DNA from: an uncultured delta proteobacterium
Lineage (GTDB): Bacteria; Desulfobacterota; Binatia; Bin18
DNA: 64,000 nucleotides
Assembly (NCBI GenBank): GCA_963733195.1
Contig: CAVTCR010000009.1
Location: 33,979-97,978 of the forward strand
Reading direction: 5' to 3'
The notes under the pieces are model-generated. The model had not been told where the DNA came from, did not search any database, and was given only the letters and a program-made list of their open reading frames with translations. Below are positions 29,129 through 40,404 of this stretch, piece after piece. Positions within the stretch are counted from its first letter, which is position 1. Every line of letters starts with the position of its first letter. The translations under genes were made by a program, and so were the position numbers.

Positions 29129-31494
29129 TGAGTATACGTGACGAGGAAAAGAGCAAAGCACAGCTCCTCGCAGAACTGCGCGCCTTGCGTAAGCAGGTAG
29201 GGATGCTTGAGGCGGGTGCAGCAAAGCACCAGGACACAGAAGCGGATCTAGGTGCGGCGAAAGAATACGCAGAAACAATAATCAACAGCTCGCTCGACAT
29301 GATTATCGCTGTCGATGAGCATCGACGGATCACCGAATTTAATCCTGCTGCAGAGAAGACCTTTGGCTATCGCAAGTCAGAAGTCGTCGGCCAACCTGTC
29401 GACATCTTATACGAGGACCCCTCCCAGGGAGAGGATATCTATGAGAAGGTCCTTGCTACTGGAGGCGGTACCGCAGAGGTGAGAAACAAGAAGAAGGATG
29501 GAGAGCCTTTTGATGCATACCTCGAGGCATCAGTCCTGCGCAATGCAAAAGGGCATGTTGTTGGATTAATGGGGATTTCGCGCGACGTGTCTGAACGGAA
29601 ACATACGCGCGAAGTTCAAGCTCGATTGACTGCCATTCTTGAAGGTACAACGGATTGTGTCGGTATCTCTGTTCCTGGTGGCGAATGGTGTACCTGAATC
29701 GTGCTGGCCGAAAGTTGCTGGGTATTGGGGAAGATGAGCCGCTGTCAGAGATCAATGTCCTACATTTTCATCCTGAGAGGACCCGTATCCAACTGAGTGA
29801 GATTGTCCCGAGCTTGATCAATGACGGACAATGGAGTGGTGAGACTGCTATCCTCACCCGAGGTGGTCGAGAAGTGCCAGTATCGCAAACTGTTCTGGCC
29901 CACAAAGGGCCAGACGGCATGGTGCAATTTTTTTCAACGATCATTCGGGATATCTCCACGCAAAAAGAGATCGAGTCAGCACTACGCGAATCCGAAGAGA
30001 AGTATCGAGAGTCTGGTCGAGAATATCTCGGAGATGATTTATATCGTTGACGCGACTGGCACACTGACCTACATCAGTCCGGTCGTTATCTCGCTCGGTG
30101 GGTATAGACCGGAGGAGATTGTTGGTCGCCCGTTCTCCGAGTTTATTCATCCCAACGATTTGCCTGGGTTGATGGAAAATTTCCAACGAACCATTGCTGG
30201 AGAACTCCAACCGAGCGAGTTCCGCGTCCGCAAGAAGTCCGGTGAGTTTTTTTGGGGCCGTAGTGCGAGTCGTCCTATTGTACGGAATGGTGAAGTCGTT
30301 GGTCTCCGTGGTGTACTCACGGACATTTCTGGGAACAAGCGGGTAGAGGAGGCCCTTCGGGAAAGTGAAGCGCGTTATCGGAACCTCTTTGAGAACGCAA
30401 ATGATGCGATTGCGACGTTTACGCTGGATTCTGTGTTGACGAGTTTTAACCGTGGCGCAGAGCGTATGCTCGGATGGACTCGCGAGGAGGTGATTGGGCA
30501 GCACGCGAGGAAATTAACGACTTCGGCTTCCATGCAGCTAGCGGAAGAGCGGACACGTCGCTTCCTTGCGGGTGATAAACCTCCGTCTTCAACCTTTGAA
30601 GCAGAGATCATTCACAAGGATGGGCGTATTATTCCTGTTGAGGCGCGCACTCGTGCTATCCGTGACCGGAAGGGAATACCTGTTGGATTCCAAGGAATTT
30701 ATCGGGATATCTCCGCGAAGAAAGCACTTGACCGGCAACGCGGTGATTTCTTAGCGATGCTAGCGCATGACGTCAAGAATCCGCTGGCTGCGATCTTAGG
30801 TTATGTCGACTTGTTGCAACACGAAGTGACCACACCGTCGTCATCGCCCGAAGGAGAGTTCGTCCAACGCATTCGAGAGAATGCACAAACCACACTCTCG
30901 CTGATTACCAACTATCTTGATCTTGCACGAGTAGAAGCGGGAGCGTTTGTCTTACAGAAGAGCCTATTCCCCATCGACATGATCCTGCAGCGGGTAGTCC
31001 AACAGTATGCGGGTGTTGCTCAACGCCACCATGTGACCATTACGCTCGATATCGTCGAAAAGCTGCCCTCCTTGACTGCTGATGGGATGGCATTGGAACG
31101 GGTCTTTTCTAATCTGGTACGAAATGCCCTCAAGTTTACCCCGGAAACAGGACACATTACTGTTCGTGCACATCGGCGAGCTAAACACGGGGAGGCAAGT
31201 GACGATCGACGCACGCCTCTCCCTTACCACGTCCACGACGAGGGCGTGGTTGTCGAAGTTATAGACACCGGCCCAGGTATTGCTCCAGGAGACATTCCAT
31301 TCCTGTTCCAGAAATATCGCCACACGACTCCGGCGCGCAACCAGGAGGGAACCGGATTAGGGCTGTTTATCGTGAAAACTTTTGTCGAAGCGCATGGCGG
31401 GTCCGTTGAAGTAGAGAGTACTTTTGGCCGTGGCGTGTGCTTTCGAGTCATCCTGCCGACCGAGTCGTCACCCGAAGGACAGATTCACTCATGA
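29129..31494 (+). pseudogene. Multi-PAS sensor histidine kinase interrupted by two frameshifts (about 29690 and about 30010)
   Basis: Three co-linear ORFs carry PAS segments, then the H-box LAHDVKNPLAAILGY and a HATPase (GTGLGLFIVKTFVEAHGG) segment. The RBS is AAAGGGACCAAG before the ATG at 29129. Confidence 0.7.
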
Positions 31495-34493
31495 CCTTTC
31501 GGAGCAAACCCCCGTCGCAGGGTGTTCTCGGTCACTACGCGCGGTTCAAGGAACTGTAACAGATAGTCAGGCCCTCCAGCTTTTGAACCTATGCCTGAAA
31601 GTCCCAAGCCGCCAAATGGCTGGCGACCCACAATGGCACCAGTGATCTTGCGGTTAATATAGAGGTTACCGACACGGAATTCCTGCCGTGCTCGCTCGAT
31701 GTGCGCAGGGCTTCGTGAATATATACCTCCAGTAAGAGCATACGGAGTATCGAGCGCAATCGTGAGTGCCTCGTCGAAGTCACGTGCCTTGAGGACAGAT
31801 AGTACCGGGCCGAAGATCTCCTCCTGCGCGATAGACGCATGCGGCGGAACGTTAGTGAAGATGACTGGCCCAACATACGTCCCCTGTGCCGGCGTCGGCA
31901 TCTCCAGCGCAAGTTGGGCCTCTTGCTTCCCACGCTGGATGGCATGCCGTATCTTGTGTCGTGCGTCTTCATCGATGACAGGCGGGACGAAGGTTCCCGG
32001 CTCTTCGGCTGAACCGATACGGAGACTGCGCGTGGCTTCAACAAGACGTTGCACAAAAACATCGTAGACTTGTTCCACTACGATGACCCGAGAGCAAGCA
32101 GAGCACTTTTGGCCGGCATACCCAAAGGCAGCGGTAACGGTTCCGAGTACCGCTTCATCAAGGTCTGCGTCGTCATCGACGATAATTGCATTCTTCCCGC
32201 CGAGTTCGGCGATTACTTTTTTGATGCCACGCTGCCCTTCACGGGTTTGGGCCGCGACGGCATTGATATGAAGACCTACGGCCTGTGAGCCAGTGAAGGC
32301 AATCAGATTGACGTGTGGGTGCGTAACCAGATGTTCCCCGACCTCCTCTCCAATGCCTGGAAGATAGGAGAGTACTCCTGCAGGGAGTTCAACCCCACGA
32401 AAAATCTCCATGAGCTTAGCGGCGATAACCGGTGTCTGTTCGGCCGGTTTCATAATGACTGTGTTACCAGCCACCAAGGCCGCTGCGGTCATACCGGTGA
32501 GAATCGCCAATGGGAAGTTCCACGGGGCAATCACAACTGCGACGCCGCGCGCTTGGTAGCGGTATTCGTTGATCTCCCCAGGAAGATCATCAAGTTGACG
32601 AGGTGAGGCAAGGCGCAACATCTCGTGACCATAATACATCAAGTAATCAATCGCCTCGCAGACATCGGCGTCTGCTTCACGCCAGGGCTTGCCGGATTCG
32701 AGAATCTCCCACGCAGCCAGTTCCGCACGACGGGCACGCATGGTTTCTGCAGCACGAAACAAAAAGTCAGCCCGCTGAACGGCACTTGTCTCACGCCAAA
32801 TTGCGAACGCTTGCTGGGCCGTCTGTACACTTCGCTCAGCATCAGCAATCGTTGCGCGCGCAACGCGGCCAATGACTTCAGCTGGTTGCGAAGGATTCCG
32901 TGAGACGATCTCTGCGGCCGTCGCGATTTCCTGATCATTGATCACCAACGGATAGGTGTGGCCAAGTTGCCGACGAATCTGCACGAGTGCTTTATGGAAC
33001 TTGTGGCGTGACTCTTCCTGGGCAAAGTCGTACTCTGGTTCATTGTGAAAGACTGAGTTCGTTGTGGAGTGAGTTGTGACTTGTACGGGAGCCGCCTGCG
33101 TCCCGTTATTATTTTCTCTTTCTTGCGCAACCTCGAAAGGACTTCGGAGTAGTGCATCTACTGCAGCATTCTCGACAAAGCTCTGGCGAAGGAAGGAATC
33201 ATTCGACGTGTTTTCTAATAAACGTCGAACCAGATAGCCCATGCCGGGAAGGAGTTCACCGAAAGGCGCATATACTCGCACGCGCTGACCGAGCTGGATC
33301 AGTGTTGCTTTGATCGCATCACCCATGCCGTAGAGCATCTGGAACTCAACCGCACGTTCCGGCAGATCAAGTGCTCGTGAGGTTGCCAACGCATAAGCAA
33401 TCGAGCGGACGTTATGGGTGGCGATTGCTGGCCGTAGGAGATGGATGTGTTCTAACAAGAGTGTAACGAGGCGTTCAAAGTTAATGTCTGTCTCCGACTT
33501 GCGGGTAAAAACCGGAATTGACCAGTGGCGCTGCTGAGCGATGACAGTTTCGTAGTCCCAATAGGCCCCCCGTACAAGGCGGACGCTAATGGGTGTACCT
33601 CGAGTCTTCACCCATGCAAGTAAGTCGTGTACATCTTGTTCCGTCTCGCGTAGATACGCCTGGAGCACGATCCCCACATGTGGCCAGGTGTGGAACTCTT
33701 CTTCAGCAAAGATTTCTTTGCAAACACGCAGCGTGAGATCTTTGTAACGATACTGCTCCATGTCGACAGTAACGAACGCTCCTGCTTCTTTGGCGGCACG
33801 CAAAATTGGACGCAATCGTGCTTTGACCTGCATGGCGCTGTGCTCAGGGTCGATTGCATCAAATTGCGAATACAAAGCCGTCAATTTTACTGAAACATTG
33901 ATCCGTGGAATTGGTCCCACGTGATCCGTATCAATGAGGGGAGCCGACTCCCAGTTTCGAGCTGCTTCGGAGAGGGAGCGCAGCAGCATCAGGTACCGAT
34001 GTTGATATGCTTCTGCCTCCTCTTCACTGAGTGTTGCCTCGCCAAGCAGATCAAGGGTAAAGGCGAGATTCTGTCGACGTAACTTACGAATAGCGGTGAG
34101 TGCCTCAGCGGGAGTCGCACCAGCGATGAAACGCTGTGCCATGCGTGTGGCATTCCGCCGTACGGCTAGCGCGACAGCACGAGCTGCGGCAGTACTTTGT
34201 GTTGCAACATCAAGGCCCCACTGCACAGCGATCGGAAAGATCTCTTTGTGGTTAAGGAAATACTCTTGCAGATGGCGTGCGACTTGGTCACCGGTCTTCA
34301 GCAAAGGAAGTACGTCGATAAAGCGGAACATCTGTACTTTGAGGGTTTCGTCGTGCATGCACCAATCGAGAATTTTTTCGTCCCACCAGGCGAAATGAAA
34401 AACGGACGGGGACTCAGTCTGTAAGCGCGAAAAAATTTCGCGACCAATCGCTTGTGTTTGTCGTTCGATGTCATCAGATAATGCCACGGCCAT
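31485..34493 (-). CDS. putA: Bifunctional proline dehydrogenase / L-glutamate-gamma-semialdehyde dehydrogenase
   Basis: 1002-aa ORF with a PutA N-terminus (IFSRLQ...[30 protein letters not shown]), a PRODH barrel, then an ALDH domain with the catalytic Cys region (GQKCSA). Confidence 0.9.
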   Translation of the reverse strand: MAVALSDDIERQTQAIGREIFSRLQTESPSVFHFAWWDEKILDWCMHDETLKVQMFRFIDVLPLLKTGDQVARHLQEYFLNHKEIFPIAVQWGLDVATQSTAAARAVALAVRRNATRMAQRFIAGATPAEALTAIRKLRRQNLAFTLDLLGEATLSEEEAEAYQHRYLMLLRSLSEAARNWESAPLIDTDHVGPIPRINVSVKLTALYSQFDAIDPEHSAMQVKARLRPILRAAKEAGAFVTVDMEQYRYKDLTLRVCKEIFAEEEFHTWPHVGIVLQAYLRETEQDVHDLLAWVKTRGTPISVRLVRGAYWDYETVIAQQRHWSIPVFTRKSETDINFERLVTLLLEHIHLLRPAIATHNVRSIAYALATSRALDLPERAVEFQMLYGMGDAIKATLIQLGQRVRVYAPFGELLPGMGYLVRRLLENTSNDSFLRQSFVENAAVDALLRSPFEVAQERENNNGTQAAPVQVTTHSTTNSVFHNEPEYDFAQEESRHKFHKALVQIRRQLGHTYPLVINDQEIATAAEIVSRNPSQPAEVIGRVARATIADAERSVQTAQQAFAIWRETSAVQRADFLFRAAETMRARRAELAAWEILESGKPWREADADVCEAIDYLMYYGHEMLRLASPRQLDDLPGEINEYRYQARGVAVVIAPWNFPLAILTGMTAAALVAGNTVIMKPAEQTPVIAAKLMEIFRGVELPAGVLSYLPGIGEEVGEHLVTHPHVNLIAFTGSQAVGLHINAVAAQTREGQRGIKKVIAELGGKNAIIVDDDADLDEAVLGTVTAAFGYAGQKCSACSRVIVVEQVYDVFVQRLVEATRSLRIGSAEEPGTFVPPVIDEDARHKIRHAIQRGKQEAQLALEMPTPAQGTYVGPVIFTNVPPHASIAQEEIFGPVLSVLKARDFDEALTIALDTPYALTGGIYSRSPAHIERARQEFRVGNLYINRKITGAIVGRQPFGGLGLSGIGSKAGGPDYLLQFLEPRVVTENTLRRGFAPKGHE

Positions 34494-34641
34494 CCTCCTT
34501 CCTCTGGTTTCCAGTATAACAAAAGACTCGTAAGTCTCAGGTCAGCCAAAACAGGTTCCGACAAGTCCCGATCGGTCGTGACCTTTTTTGACTTGCATGG
34601 ATTGAGTCGCTACAGTGCAGCACGTGTCGGCTTCTCCCGCT

Positions 34642-36225
34642 ATGACTGAGCCTACTGGTCAGACTCCTCCTCCATCTCGGTCTAATCTCGCTCGTAAAGG
34701 TCTCCCGATTCTGATAGCAACGCTCATCAGTCGTCCGTTGGGCTTTGTACGCGAAGCGGTCCAAGCTGCGTTGTTCGGAGCCTCGCGGGTCACTGACATT
34801 TTCGTCATTGCCTACAATCTCCCCGAGATGATCCAGACGCTGTTCTTCAGCGGGGTACTGAGCAATTTCTTTGTACCAGTAATCACTCGCTATCGTGAGC
34901 ATCGAGACGAACTCAGTACTGTCTTTAGTGTGACGATGAACGGAGCGATCGCTCTCGCCCTGACTCTTGCCGTAATCTGCTATCTTGCTGCTCCGAGTAT
35001 CATTACCCTTGCGGCACCTGGTCTGAGCGAAGCAGACCGCGAACTCGCTATCTTCTTGTTCCGTCTGATGTTGCCGATGCTAGTTCTACACTGTTTGTTA
35101 TCTGTGATGAAGGGAACACTGAACAGTATCGGCCATTATGCGATGCCCGAATATGCGGGTGTGTACTTCAACGTTGTCGTGATTGCGAGCGCGCTGGTAC
35201 TTGCCGCACAATACGGGATTATGAGTCTCGCGATCGGTGTTGTGATAGGTAGTATCGTCCAAGTGGTCATCCAGATTCCTGTACTGCGACAGAAAGGCAT
35301 TCGCTATCGACCGAGCGTTGGTTTTACTCATCCAGCACTGCGTGAGATGCAGGGCTTGGTGCTTGGTGCGATCGTGGCGACGGCAGTGGTGCCTGTCAAC
35401 GCTTTTATCGCACGATCGATGGCATCTACCCTTCCAGAAGGCAGTGTTTCTGCATTAGCGTATGCGTTTCGTATCTTCATGTTGCCTGTTAGTTTGTTTG
35501 CTGTCCCGGTGTACACCGTGTTGCTAACGGATCTCTCAACCGCGCGCCATTCTGGGACACCGCAACACTTCAAAGAGCAAGCTGCGGCTGGACTGTCGCT
35601 CCTTTTTGCAGTTGCGCTGCCGGCAACCGCAGTTTTGATTGCGCTGGCGACGCCGATTGTTCGTCTCTTATATGAACGAGGTCAGTTTTCCCCTGACGAT
35701 GTCGTCCTCACAAGCCAAGCGCTCATGGCATATGGAATTGGTACGTTAGCGTATGGCACCAGCCAAGTGATGGTACGATTGTTCAATGCGCAGAAGGATA
35801 CGCGAACACCCGCGTGGGTCGGAGTTGGTTCAATTGCTTTGAGTGCAATAGGGAGTTGGAGTCTGATGCAGATGTGGGGGCATTGGGGAATTGCGTTGGT
35901 CACTTCGCTTGTTTCTTACGCTAACACGTTAGTGCTATATGTAGTCTTCCGACGTCGGCATGGTCCACTCAACGAAGCACTTTTGGGACGACGTTTTCTG
36001 ATACATTTGTTGTTAGCTATTGCACTTGGAGTGATTTTATTCTTGCTTAGTCGTCCCCTCGCGACGATGTCGGGTTCTCTGATGGACCCGATGCGCCTGT
36101 CGTATTTCGTCGGGATCCTTGTCGCCGGTGGCGGTGTGTATCTTGTGTTAGGAGTCGTATGTAAGGTTGATGAGATTGCGGCACTCAGCCGGAGAGTAAT
36201 GCAGCGGTTCTCGCGGGTAGGCTAA
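34642..36225 (+). CDS. murJ: Lipid II flippase MurJ (MviN)
   Basis: A 14-helix membrane protein with a MurJ N-terminus (GLPILIATLISRPLGFVREAVQAALFGASRVTDIF). A promoter-like TTGACT-17-TACAGT lies upstream at about 34589-34617. A GTG at 34615 is an alternative start. Confidence 0.85.
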   Translation: MTEPTGQTPPPSRSNLARKGLPILIATLISRPLGFVREAVQAALFGASRVTDIFVIAYNLPEMIQTLFFSGVLSNFFVPVITRYREHRDELSTVFSVTMNGAIALALTLAVICYLAAPSIITLAAPGLSEADRELAIFLFRLMLPMLVLHCLLSVMKGTLNSIGHYAMPEYAGVYFNVVVIASALVLAAQYGIMSLAIGVVIGSIVQVVIQIPVLRQKGIRYRPSVGFTHPALREMQGLVLGAIVATAVVPVNAFIARSMASTLPEGSVSALAYAFRIFMLPVSLFAVPVYTVLLTDLSTARHSGTPQHFKEQAAAGLSLLFAVALPATAVLIALATPIVRLLYERGQFSPDDVVLTSQALMAYGIGTLAYGTSQVMVRLFNAQKDTRTPAWVGVGSIALSAIGSWSLMQMWGHWGIALVTSLVSYANTLVLYVVFRRRHGPLNEALLGRRFLIHLLLAIALGVILFLLSRPLATMSGSLMDPMRLSYFVGILVAGGGVYLVLGVVCKVDEIAALSRRVMQRFSRVG

Positions 36226-36281
36226 GGCGGCTCAGCTATTGGTAAGTAACGAAATGCAGCCACAAGGACTGCATCTGAGAG

Positions 36282-36445
36282 CTGTCACCCTGAGTGTAAC
36301 GAAGGGTCTCTCAGAGAGATTCTTCGCGGAGTTTATCCTGAGCCCTTCGTCAAGCTCACCTGTGCCTGCGGCACTGGCGCAGGCAGGACAGGCTCCGTCG
36401 AAGGGCTCAGAATGACAAGAATATCGTGAAGTGTACCAATGTCAC
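36282..36445. repeat. Family 2 mosaic palindromic repeat, copy B, between the convergent murJ and PBP4 genes
   Basis: Contains the same core GCTCACCTGTGCCTGCGGCACTGGCGCAGGCAGGA flanked by GAGCCCTTCG...CGAAGGGCTC, the module TCTCTCAGAGAGATTCTTCGCGG and the terminal GTGAAGTGTACCAATGTCAC. Confidence 0.7.
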
Positions 36446-36455
36446 GCGGTTCGAT

Positions 36456-38001
36456 TTAGTACCGTGCCATCCAACTTGTGACGAGATTTTTTTCCAAGAT
36501 TTTTGCGCGGCGTGTCCAGCCATTGCCTTCCGGTTCGGCTGCGGTGGCTCGTACATCTTGTGTCTCGTCTTGTGCAAGGCGTTGTGGAAAATTGGTTATG
36601 AGGACGACGAATCCTAATTGGCGACCTTGCCTGGTCGTCAAAAACCCTGCCAGCCCATCCGCGTAATTCATGGTCCCAGACTTCGCACGAACTGTGATAT
36701 GTTCGGGGTCGTTTTTGACACGTTCCCACATCGGGGGCCACAAGAGTTGTGGAAAAGTGGATTGTCCGACCGGCAGTGACCACCCGACGCGCAGGATTGC
36801 CGACATTTGTCTCGGCGTCATGCGCGTGGCACTACTTAGCCCGGAGTGATTTGCGCAATGAAATCCTTGCCACGGGGCGTCGGGAAATTGTCGCAGGTAC
36901 CAATTGGTCAGTGTCGCTGCTGATTCACGAAGGGAAAGTGGGTGGGTACTTAACTTGCGGGACGCGGTCAGGCCGACCAATTCTGCTGCCAGATTGTTAC
37001 TAAAGCGCAGGACCTTTGAGACGATCTCCGGCAGAGGTTCGCTCCAATGCGTCGCGAGCATTTGTGCCGTAGCTGGTACGGCTGCGGCTTCGGGGAGTGG
37101 CAGCTCAATCCCCTTCTGCTTACAGATTGTGCGGAACAGCAGGGCGGTGATGCGTCCCGGATCAAGCCTGACAGGTAAACCAATCCAACCTTGCGGCGGA
37201 AGCTTCGGCGATAACAACCAACGGTCCAATGCGGGTCCGCCGTGGTTGGTTGCTTCATGCAGAAACGCGATGTTGGTGTCGAATTCTTCGGCCTGTCGTC
37301 CGACCGTGATCGCTTCCAGCGGAACCGTTCCTCCTTTGGCATGTGAGTATGCGCCTGGTGCCGCCCTCCCTTTGCGTGGCTTCTGCTCCCAGTGGAGCTG
37401 GATGCGGTTATAATTCACTGACAATGCACTGAGGCCGGGATTGTACGGGTGCCGTCATTGAAATGTTCCGGTCAATCTGTTCAGTGCGAGTGAGCAGTGT
37501 GTCATCAAAAATAAAACTTCCGGATGACGTTTGTTATCCCGGCGTCCTGCACCGCCACCGCCAGGTTGCGCAGGTCATCTGTAGTCAGGGTAGGATCACC
37601 GTCGCCACGTAAATACAGGTTGCCGTGCAGGGTGCCGTCGATAATCTCGCCGGACGTGAGGACTGAGGTTTGGAAATAATGATCTTCTCCCAAAATCTTC
37701 AACGCGGCGATGGCGGTCATCACTTTCGTTGTCGAGGCTGGGACGCGAGATTCGTCCGCACGATACTCCTCGATCGCTCGACCATCGGCCGGATCGAATA
37801 AGAGATAACTCACGTCCTCCTGATGCTAAGCCGGAGCGTTCGAGGAGCACCTCTGGTGACTGTGGCGGTTCTGGCGCTTGTGTAGCTTGTGAGGAGGATG
37901 GCAACCGCCCTTTTCTGACCCGAGCCGAAGACGGAGTGCGGCAAGCCAAGAAAAAGCGCCACCAAGCACAACGACAGGAACAAACGATACTGTTTTTTCA
38001 T
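36456..38001 (-). pseudogene. dacB: D-alanyl-D-alanine carboxypeptidase/endopeptidase (PBP4, peptidase S13) with at least 3 frameshifts
   Basis: A signal peptide (MKKQYRLFLSLCLVALFLGLPHSVFGS) is followed by an SxxK segment (ASTTKVMTAIAAL) in ORF 37505..37813, then the KTG-like segment (KSGTMNYADGLAGFL) in ORF 36456..37424. The frames are co-linear but shifted. Confidence 0.7.
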
Positions 38002-38176
38002 GGATGAATGTAAGACAGAAAAAGGCCTCCTCACAACCACACCTCCACCCCGATCTTGTATAGTGTTATTGGTCATACAGTGTAGCAGATAGAACGGGGA
38101 GAATTCGAGCGGTGGGGCTTTTTGTTCAGTGAATAAGCCCGTGTAAGGTAGAGAGTGAGGTGGGAATCGCTCCAGT

Positions 38177-40372
38177 ATGATTGCTCCTATTAGTGCGCAT
38201 CAGATTTTTCTCTTTCTCGTGCAATTTGCCGTATTGCTCACCAGTGCGCGTTTGCTCGGCGAGGTGATGAAGCGTTATGGCCAGCCGCCGGTCTTTGGTG
38301 AACTGTTGGCTGGTATCGCTCTTGGCCCGTCGCTCTTTGGCTGGCTCGCTCCGGACCTGTTCGTCGCGCTCTTTCCACGCGAAGCGTTGCAGTACCAGCT
38401 CTTGGAATTGATTTCCTGGCTCGGCATGATTTTTTTGCTGCTGCTGACCGGGCTCGAAACCGATATGGCGGTTCTCCGCAAGCTCGGACGACCTGCGACG
38501 TTGGCTTCTTTGCTGGGGATCCTCTTGCCCTTCACTCTTGGTTATATTCTTGGGGTTGCCATTCCAGAGCGGTTAATTCCTCATCCAGAACAACGCTTGG
38601 TGTTTCATCTGTTTATGGGGACAGCGATGGCGATTTCGGCAGTCCCAGTCATTGCCAAGATCCTCATGGATTTGAACGTGTTACGACGTAATGTCGGTGC
38701 GATCATCATGGGTGCGGCAATCGTCGATGACATTGCCGGTTGGACGATTCTGTCCATGCTGATCGGCATGACTACGAAAGGGGTGCTTGATCTCCGCGAC
38801 GTCGCTATTTCGGTCTTCCAGACGATTGCGTTTGTGACCGTAGCGCTGTTACTCGGCATACAACTCGTCCGTCGCCTGATGCGATGGGTTGATGAACGCG
38901 TGTTAGTCGAAGAAGGGCACATCACTGCGGTCATCGTTATTACTCTGATCTGTGCGGCTATTACTGAGGCCATCGGGATTCATGCGGTGTTCGGGGCATT
39001 CGTGGCTGGGGTCATTCTTGCCCAATCTCCACGAGTGCGGGCCAATGCATTAGAGAAGCTTGTGGGCGTGGTGCATGGCGTATTTACGCCAGTCTTTTTC
39101 GCGTTTGTCGGCTTGCGGGTGAACCTCACACTTTTGAACGATCTGACGTTGGTTGGTGCGGTTGTTGGGGTTGCCTGTGCGGGTAAACTGCTTGGTTGCA
39201 CTTTGGGTGGAATTCTCGGACGCCTGCCGTGGTGGGAATCCCTGTCAATTGGTATCGGCATGAACGCACGGGGAGGGATGGAATTAATCGTTGCGCTGAT
39301 TGGCTTAACGTCAGGGATTCTTGGACCGGAAGTCTACAGTAGCCTGGTTATTATGGCGATGGTGACATCGCTCATGACCCCGCCGCTCTTGAAATGGTCT
39401 CTCCAGCACATTCCCCTCTCGAGTGAGGAACAGGAACGCCTTGGAATCACAACTGTACAACGGGGGATTTTTGACAAGCGGACGCTGCGCATCTTGATTC
39501 CGGCAGCGGGTGGTCCTAACGCCCAAACTGCTATGCGTATGGCGGCGCCATTGGCGACCAACGCTGACGCACGGATTACGACCTTATTTGTTGGCAGGGA
39601 GCCGTCGCGGACTTTTGGCTCGCTGCGGCGATGGTGGCGAGAAGAGAACACCTTCAAGGAGGGCGATCCACTCCTCGTGCTCCAGGGTATTGCACAGGAC
39701 TTCGGTGTCTCGATCGAGAAACGCGTAGTATCTGCAGATGGTACCCGAGACGGAGAAATCGTGCGCAGAGAGGCACAGCGTGGGTATGATTTGATCTTGC
39801 TGGGAGCGTCTGGGTATCAACACCCCTTAGGCGGAGAGTTTTTGGGAGAGATACTGAAGGATCCCCCCACGCATGTTGCAATCATTAAGGCACGAGACGA
39901 AAAGCCACGCTACGAGCGTATTCTCGTTCCTACGGCGGATGATGTCTATTCGCAGCTTGCGGTTGAATTCGCCACCATGTATGCCGAGGATGTGGGGGCG
40001 CACGTCACCTTGTTGCATGTCCTGCCGTTGCCGGAACAGCCGCGTTTTCGCTGGTTTCGACGCCGAGATGCTACTCTGGATGAAAGCGTCCTCAAGATGA
40101 TGTCCGACACCATGCTGTGGGAAATGCGCCCTACACGGGCCAAATCTGAACTGCGCTTGTCAGCCAAAGTCATTGAGGGCGAGCGACCCACCGAAGAAAT
40201 TCTACGCGAAGCCCGACGTGGGAGCTATGACCTCGTCGTTTTAGGGGTGGAGAGTCGTACAGGTCGGGCAGGAACGATGCTGAGCCAAGGCACTGAGCAA
40301 ATTGTTAATCAAGTTCCCTGTACTGTGGTCGTTGTGTTCCCGCGCGGCTTACGTACCGGCCTCATACATTGA
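38177..40372 (+). CDS. CPA2-family cation/proton antiporter fused to tandem universal-stress-protein (UspA) domains
   Basis: A KefB/NapA-like transmembrane region (FGELLAGIALGPSLFGW) is followed by a C-terminal roughly 300 aa with two Usp-like domains. Confidence 0.85.
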   Translation: MIAPISAHQIFLFLVQFAVLLTSARLLGEVMKRYGQPPVFGELLAGIALGPSLFGWLAPDLFVALFPREALQYQLLELISWLGMIFLLLLTGLETDMAVLRKLGRPATLASLLGILLPFTLGYILGVAIPERLIPHPEQRLVFHLFMGTAMAISAVPVIAKILMDLNVLRRNVGAIIMGAAIVDDIAGWTILSMLIGMTTKGVLDLRDVAISVFQTIAFVTVALLLGIQLVRRLMRWVDERVLVEEGHITAVIVITLICAAITEAIGIHAVFGAFVAGVILAQSPRVRANALEKLVGVVHGVFTPVFFAFVGLRVNLTLLNDLTLVGAVVGVACAGKLLGCTLGGILGRLPWWESLSIGIGMNARGGMELIVALIGLTSGILGPEVYSSLVIMAMVTSLMTPPLLKWSLQHIPLSSEEQERLGITTVQRGIFDKRTLRILIPAAGGPNAQTAMRMAAPLATNADARITTLFVGREPSRTFGSLRRWWREENTFKEGDPLLVLQGIAQDFGVSIEKRVVSADGTRDGEIVRREAQRGYDLILLGASGYQHPLGGEFLGEILKDPPTHVAIIKARDEKPRYERILVPTADDVYSQLAVEFATMYAEDVGAHVTLLHVLPLPEQPRFRWFRRRDATLDESVLKMMSDTMLWEMRPTRAKSELRLSAKVIEGERPTEEILREARRGSYDLVVLGVESRTGRAGTMLSQGTEQIVNQVPCTVVVVFPRGLRTGLIH

Positions 40373-40404
40373 CCGTGCATTTCTTGACGTGCTAGGGTTT
40401 CTCC

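Noticed and set aside
36440-36460. tRNA-like GGTTCGATT T-loop motif
   Set aside because: No acceptor or anticodon stems can be built around it. It is the 3' terminus of repeat copy B and abuts the dacB stop codon.
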